Assembly (NCBI RefSeq): GCF_013168055.1
Contig: NZ_CP038402.1
Direction: 5' to 3' (one strand)
Origin: Escherichia coli O157:H7
GTDB lineage: Bacteria > Pseudomonadota > Gammaproteobacteria > Enterobacterales > Enterobacteriaceae
Length of the DNA stretch: 32,000 nt
Below the pieces are notes generated by a model. It had not been told where the DNA came from, searched no databases, and saw only the letters and a list, made by a program, of their open reading frames with translations. Shown here one piece after another: positions 28,989-32,000 of the stretch; the first letter of the stretch is position 1; every line of letters starts with the position of its first letter. A program made the position numbers and the translations under genes.

Positions 28989-29562
28989 CATCCGGCGCGG
29001 TGCTGGTATCTGTTGCCGTCACCGCGTCAATGTAATCCAGCACAGCGTTAAGTCTGGTTGTTTCTGCCTGCGTCGGTTTACGTCCGGCCTGCAATTTCAG
29101 TTGAATCAGACTGATGGAAGCCATTGCTGCATCAATCAGTGACTGGCGCTGTGCTTCTGCCGCTTCTACTGCGGCACCGTGTTGTGCCTCAGTATCTGTC
29201 ACCCATTTTTCACCATCCCATTTATCGAATGGCGTTAACGGGGCGATAGTGGTTGTATTTTCAGGATAATCACCCGGAGCTGTGATTTCTTTGGCGTCTC
29301 CCGTTTCGGTGTTATAGACGATTTCACCGCGATGGTCTGGCACATATTCCCATGAGTTTAAATCCATCGAACGGCAGATAGCATAACCCGCCTTATGTAT
29401 ACCAGGTTCATCCAGACAGGAATATGCAGGGATACCGACACCAATGGCAAGATATTCATTTGAAGTAGAAATATATTCCCGAGTTTTACCATCATAGTTA
29501 TAGACGGTAATATTCCCCGCCTTCGTGGCAATAAGCTCGCTATTTAATACGGCGTTATCCAT
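28960..29562 (-). CDS. Tail fibre assembly protein (expressed orientation)
   Basis: TIAPLTPFDKWDGEKWVTDTEAQ...QAGRKPTQAETTRLNAVLDYIDAVTATDTSTAPDVIWPELPE. Confidence 0.88.
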   Translation of the reverse strand: MDNAVLNSELIATKAGNITVYNYDGKTREYISTSNEYLAIGVGIPAYSCLDEPGIHKAGYAICRSMDLNSWEYVPDHRGEIVYNTETGDAKEITAPGDYPENTTTIAPLTPFDKWDGEKWVTDTEAQHGAAVEAAEAQRQSLIDAAMASISLIQLKLQAGRKPTQAETTRLNAVLDYIDAVTATDTSTAPDVIWPELPEA

Positions 29563-30332
29563 TATGCAGCCCTCACGATATAGTTAAATGCAATATTTCG
29601 TGGACGGGTTTCACTCCCGCCAGTATTACCGATACTCCCTCGTGAATGAAGTGTCGGTGATGGGATCAGACTCCCTCCTGTATTTGTGGCATCAAGTCCC
29701 CGTCCTTGTGTGTATGTCTTTTTGAAAATCGTAGCCAGTTCCCATTCATCTTTTGTGTCGTAACCATCATTGGCAACAACAATATGGCGGTGTTTTTCCA
29801 GCATCCCTGTCTGAATGCTCAATAAAACACGTCCTGCATCAATACCGCGCCCGTCATCCCAGCCACGAATAAACTCACCACGTAAATCAGGCAATTTATT
29901 TGTCGGATAAGCCTTTGCCAGTTCCGGGTATTCTTCAGCAGAAAAAGCCGCACCGTTGCATTTCAGCCAGCCTGTTGGCGGTGTGGCTGAAGGCCATGGA
30001 ACAGGCACACCAACAGGTAATGCAGAGCCTTCTCCCAAACCAAGGTTTTCGAGAGCCGTTTGCACAGTGCCATCCGATTTGATATCGCCAAACGGATTCT
30101 TGCGGCTTAACAGCAGCGCGCGAAGTGCGGTAAGTAACTGGTCGTGCCGCCCCTTCTCCAGGCTGGCACCGGATGCCTCCACCACGCTGCAAAGTTCCTC
30201 CTGCAACATGTCAAAGTAGTCATCATCCAGATCGGTGGCAGGCGTGCCGGTCTGGGGGTTACCACGGGTAAAACCGTTCTTACCCGCGCCGAACTTATCC
30301 TTCTGCGCGGTTTTCGTGTCTATACGATGCAT
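29562..30332 (-). CDS. Tail fibre/collar-domain protein (currently assembled version)
   Basis: [25 protein letters not shown]...[53 protein letters not shown]...[11 protein letters not shown]. Confidence 0.88.
   Translation of the reverse strand: MHRIDTKTAQKDKFGAGKNGFTRGNPQTGTPATDLDDDYFDMLQEELCSVVEASGASLEKGRHDQLLTALRALLLSRKNPFGDIKSDGTVQTALENLGLGEGSALPVGVPVPWPSATPPTGWLKCNGAAFSAEEYPELAKAYPTNKLPDLRGEFIRGWDDGRGIDAGRVLLSIQTGMLEKHRHIVVANDGYDTKDEWELATIFKKTYTQGRGLDATNTGGSLIPSPTLHSRGSIGNTGGSETRPRNIAFNYIVRAA
30030..30055 (-). repeat. Invertase crossover site 2, inverted relative to site 1
   Basis: Minus strand: CTCTCGAAAACCTTGGTTTGGGAGAA. Shares GTTTGGGAGAA-type arms and reading frame with site 1. 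Confidence 0.82.
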
Positions 30333-30335
30333 GGA

Positions 30336-30920
30336 TTACTCCGGATATTTAAAAATTACGTAGGTTTGCGACGGGCAGAGTTTGTTAAGCACACACTCGA
30401 CAACGGTGTCACCCCAGATACGCAGTGCGGAATCACAGGGATCGCCACATGTCATCCAGGTGGAGTTGGTGGTGGCTGGCATGTTGACCTGCCAGTAATA
30501 CCGCCATTCCGGCGCATTCACCGCGTCAGTACAGGCCGATGAGCAGGTGAAAGTGCTTTTGTCGTATCGCGTGATGGTGGCATCTGGTCTGCCCAGGGCA
30601 GCAAGCTGTGCAAGATAAAAATCCTCGTTGATGCCGCCCGCCAGGTTAACCTTCGCATCCAGCCGTTGCTGACGCTGGCGAAGGGTCTGCGTTCCCGCCG
30701 GAATACATTCATCCGGCAGACCGCACAGACGCTCCCAGCGGTTTATCAGTTCAGTGGTGGTGCGAGGATCCAGCTCCCGCATCAGGGCATCCGCACGCTG
30801 ATGAACACGGGTTAATGACGGTGCCGCACCGGCAATCGCCGGATCGCTGGCTGACCACGCCGGACCGGGCGGCAACAGTGCCGATAACAGGCGGATGTAA
30901 TCATCGTTTGTCACGTCCAT
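30336..30920 (-). CDS. Phage tail protein, DUF2313/YmfQ-like
   Basis: [16 protein letters not shown]...[45 protein letters not shown]. Confidence 0.85.
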   Translation of the reverse strand: MDVTNDDYIRLLSALLPPGPAWSASDPAIAGAAPSLTRVHQRADALMRELDPRTTTELINRWERLCGLPDECIPAGTQTLRQRQQRLDAKVNLAGGINEDFYLAQLAALGRPDATITRYDKSTFTCSSACTDAVNAPEWRYYWQVNMPATTNSTWMTCGDPCDSALRIWGDTVVECVLNKLCPSQTYVIFKYPE

Positions 30921-31969
30921 GAAATCGTCCCCAGTACCGCCAGTTCGTTTTTCGCAATGGAGATATTGTCCACCGGTGCAAGCAACTGATGGCTGTATTC
31001 CCCGTTCGCACCGGAAATCGCCTCACTGATACGCGATACCTTGAGTTCTCCCTGCGGATAACCATCACGCAGCAGGAACGAACGCAACTCCGCGGTAATG
31101 GCAGCCCGTATTTCCGGTGTGTCCGGCGTCACGCGGATATGAAAATCCACTTTATGCGCCACCGGCCTGAATACATACAAATCAGAGCCTGCCACCGGGG
31201 CCAGTGGCTCAATGTGTTGTCTTGCCGCCGTTTCCGTTGATTCTTCCGGAATGGGATTAATCAGGTCACTGCTGGCAATCATCACACCGACAGTTCCCGT
31301 TCCCATCCAGTGACGGTATGTCCATGCGCGGGTAATGCCGGGCACTTCTTTAGCCCAGACAACATAGTCCCCGTCAGCCCCGCCCTGAGGCGTCCAGTAA
31401 TACCGCTCAATGACGCGGGCGCGCCACGTTTCCAGATCTTCAGTATCGAATCCGCCAGTCAGGGTATCTGCAACACCGGAAGACGGCAGACCATTCACCG
31501 GCGTGACCAGGATTAATGCCGTACCGTCGTCAGCGTTACCGACCGCGCCTGCACTTGAGCAGGCGATCGGCACGCGCAGGACACCACCGGAGCTGGTTGC
31601 ATCAGCAGTTGCCGTGTACTGAACCAGGTCATCGCGCTGAATCACGCTCCCGGCGGTCACCTTCAGGCCATCGCTGACACCTTCCCAGCGCATATACCCG
31701 CTGGCAGCCGTGGCCCCCTTGCGCGGACACCGTTTCATCGCAGCATGTCGCGCCAGCCAGGACTCATCGCACAGGTCAGGCAGCATGTTCATTGCCAGAT
31801 AATCGATGTAACCGTAAACCGTATGCAGCGCCGCCGCATACACCTTTGCCCGCACGTCTTCATCCATGCGCCGGAGCGTGTCGCTGACGTCCAGCCTGGC
31901 GAATAAATCGTTACGGAGCATACTGATATTTTCTGCCAGCGTCGGGCGCTGAAATTCACTGTCCGCCAT
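30911..31969 (-). CDS. Baseplate J-like protein (Mu gp47 / YmfP-like)
   Basis: [35 protein letters not shown]...[19 protein letters not shown]...[21 protein letters not shown]. Confidence 0.88.
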   Translation of the reverse strand: MADSEFQRPTLAENISMLRNDLFARLDVSDTLRRMDEDVRAKVYAAALHTVYGYIDYLAMNMLPDLCDESWLARHAAMKRCPRKGATAASGYMRWEGVSDGLKVTAGSVIQRDDLVQYTATADATSSGGVLRVPIACSSAGAVGNADDGTALILVTPVNGLPSSGVADTLTGGFDTEDLETWRARVIERYYWTPQGGADGDYVVWAKEVPGITRAWTYRHWMGTGTVGVMIASSDLINPIPEESTETAARQHIEPLAPVAGSDLYVFRPVAHKVDFHIRVTPDTPEIRAAITAELRSFLLRDGYPQGELKVSRISEAISGANGEYSHQLLAPVDNISIAKNELAVLGTISWT

Positions 31970-32000
31970 GCGTTATCGCACTCCACAGATCATCAAAAGA

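Overview
The window comes from an Escherichia-like enterobacterial chromosome. (1) 1-4792 is the paoABCD molybdo-flavoenzyme operon, followed by a truncated MobA-like ORF, an MFS transporter, an alpha/beta hydrolase divergent from a LysR gene, and an SDR gene divergent from a second LysR gene. (2) About 11441-24372 is a P4-family phage satellite. It carries an alpha primase-helicase, Ash/Icd-like and AlpA-like genes, a Sid-like / Psu-like / Ogr-Delta-like late cluster, GTGAACAG-type iterons and a P4-type integrase. It abuts a 46-bp 3' fragment of thrW tRNA, and there is a degenerate copy of the tRNA end at 11441. (3) Between integrase and the late genes, a position established as a P4 defence hotspot, lies an AT-rich operon I read as an ABC-three-component (ABC-3C) system: Mrr-like nuclease effector, middle component, and SMC/RecF-like ATPase. 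Its effector is split exactly at a canonical A_AAA_AAA -1 slippery heptamer. Its ATPase is broken by one in-frame TAA and one -1-type frame change. A second uncharacterised AT-rich cargo gene (318 aa) sits at the other end of the satellite. (4) 24373-32000 holds an IS3-family remnant, an AraC-like regulator, a partial serU-like tRNA 3' fragment, a GIY-YIG protein with an unassigned C-terminal region, and the tail end of a tailed prophage with a Pin/Gin-type invertase and an invertible tail-fibre segment (about 28139-30055). All homology calls come from recalled family motifs, not from database searches.
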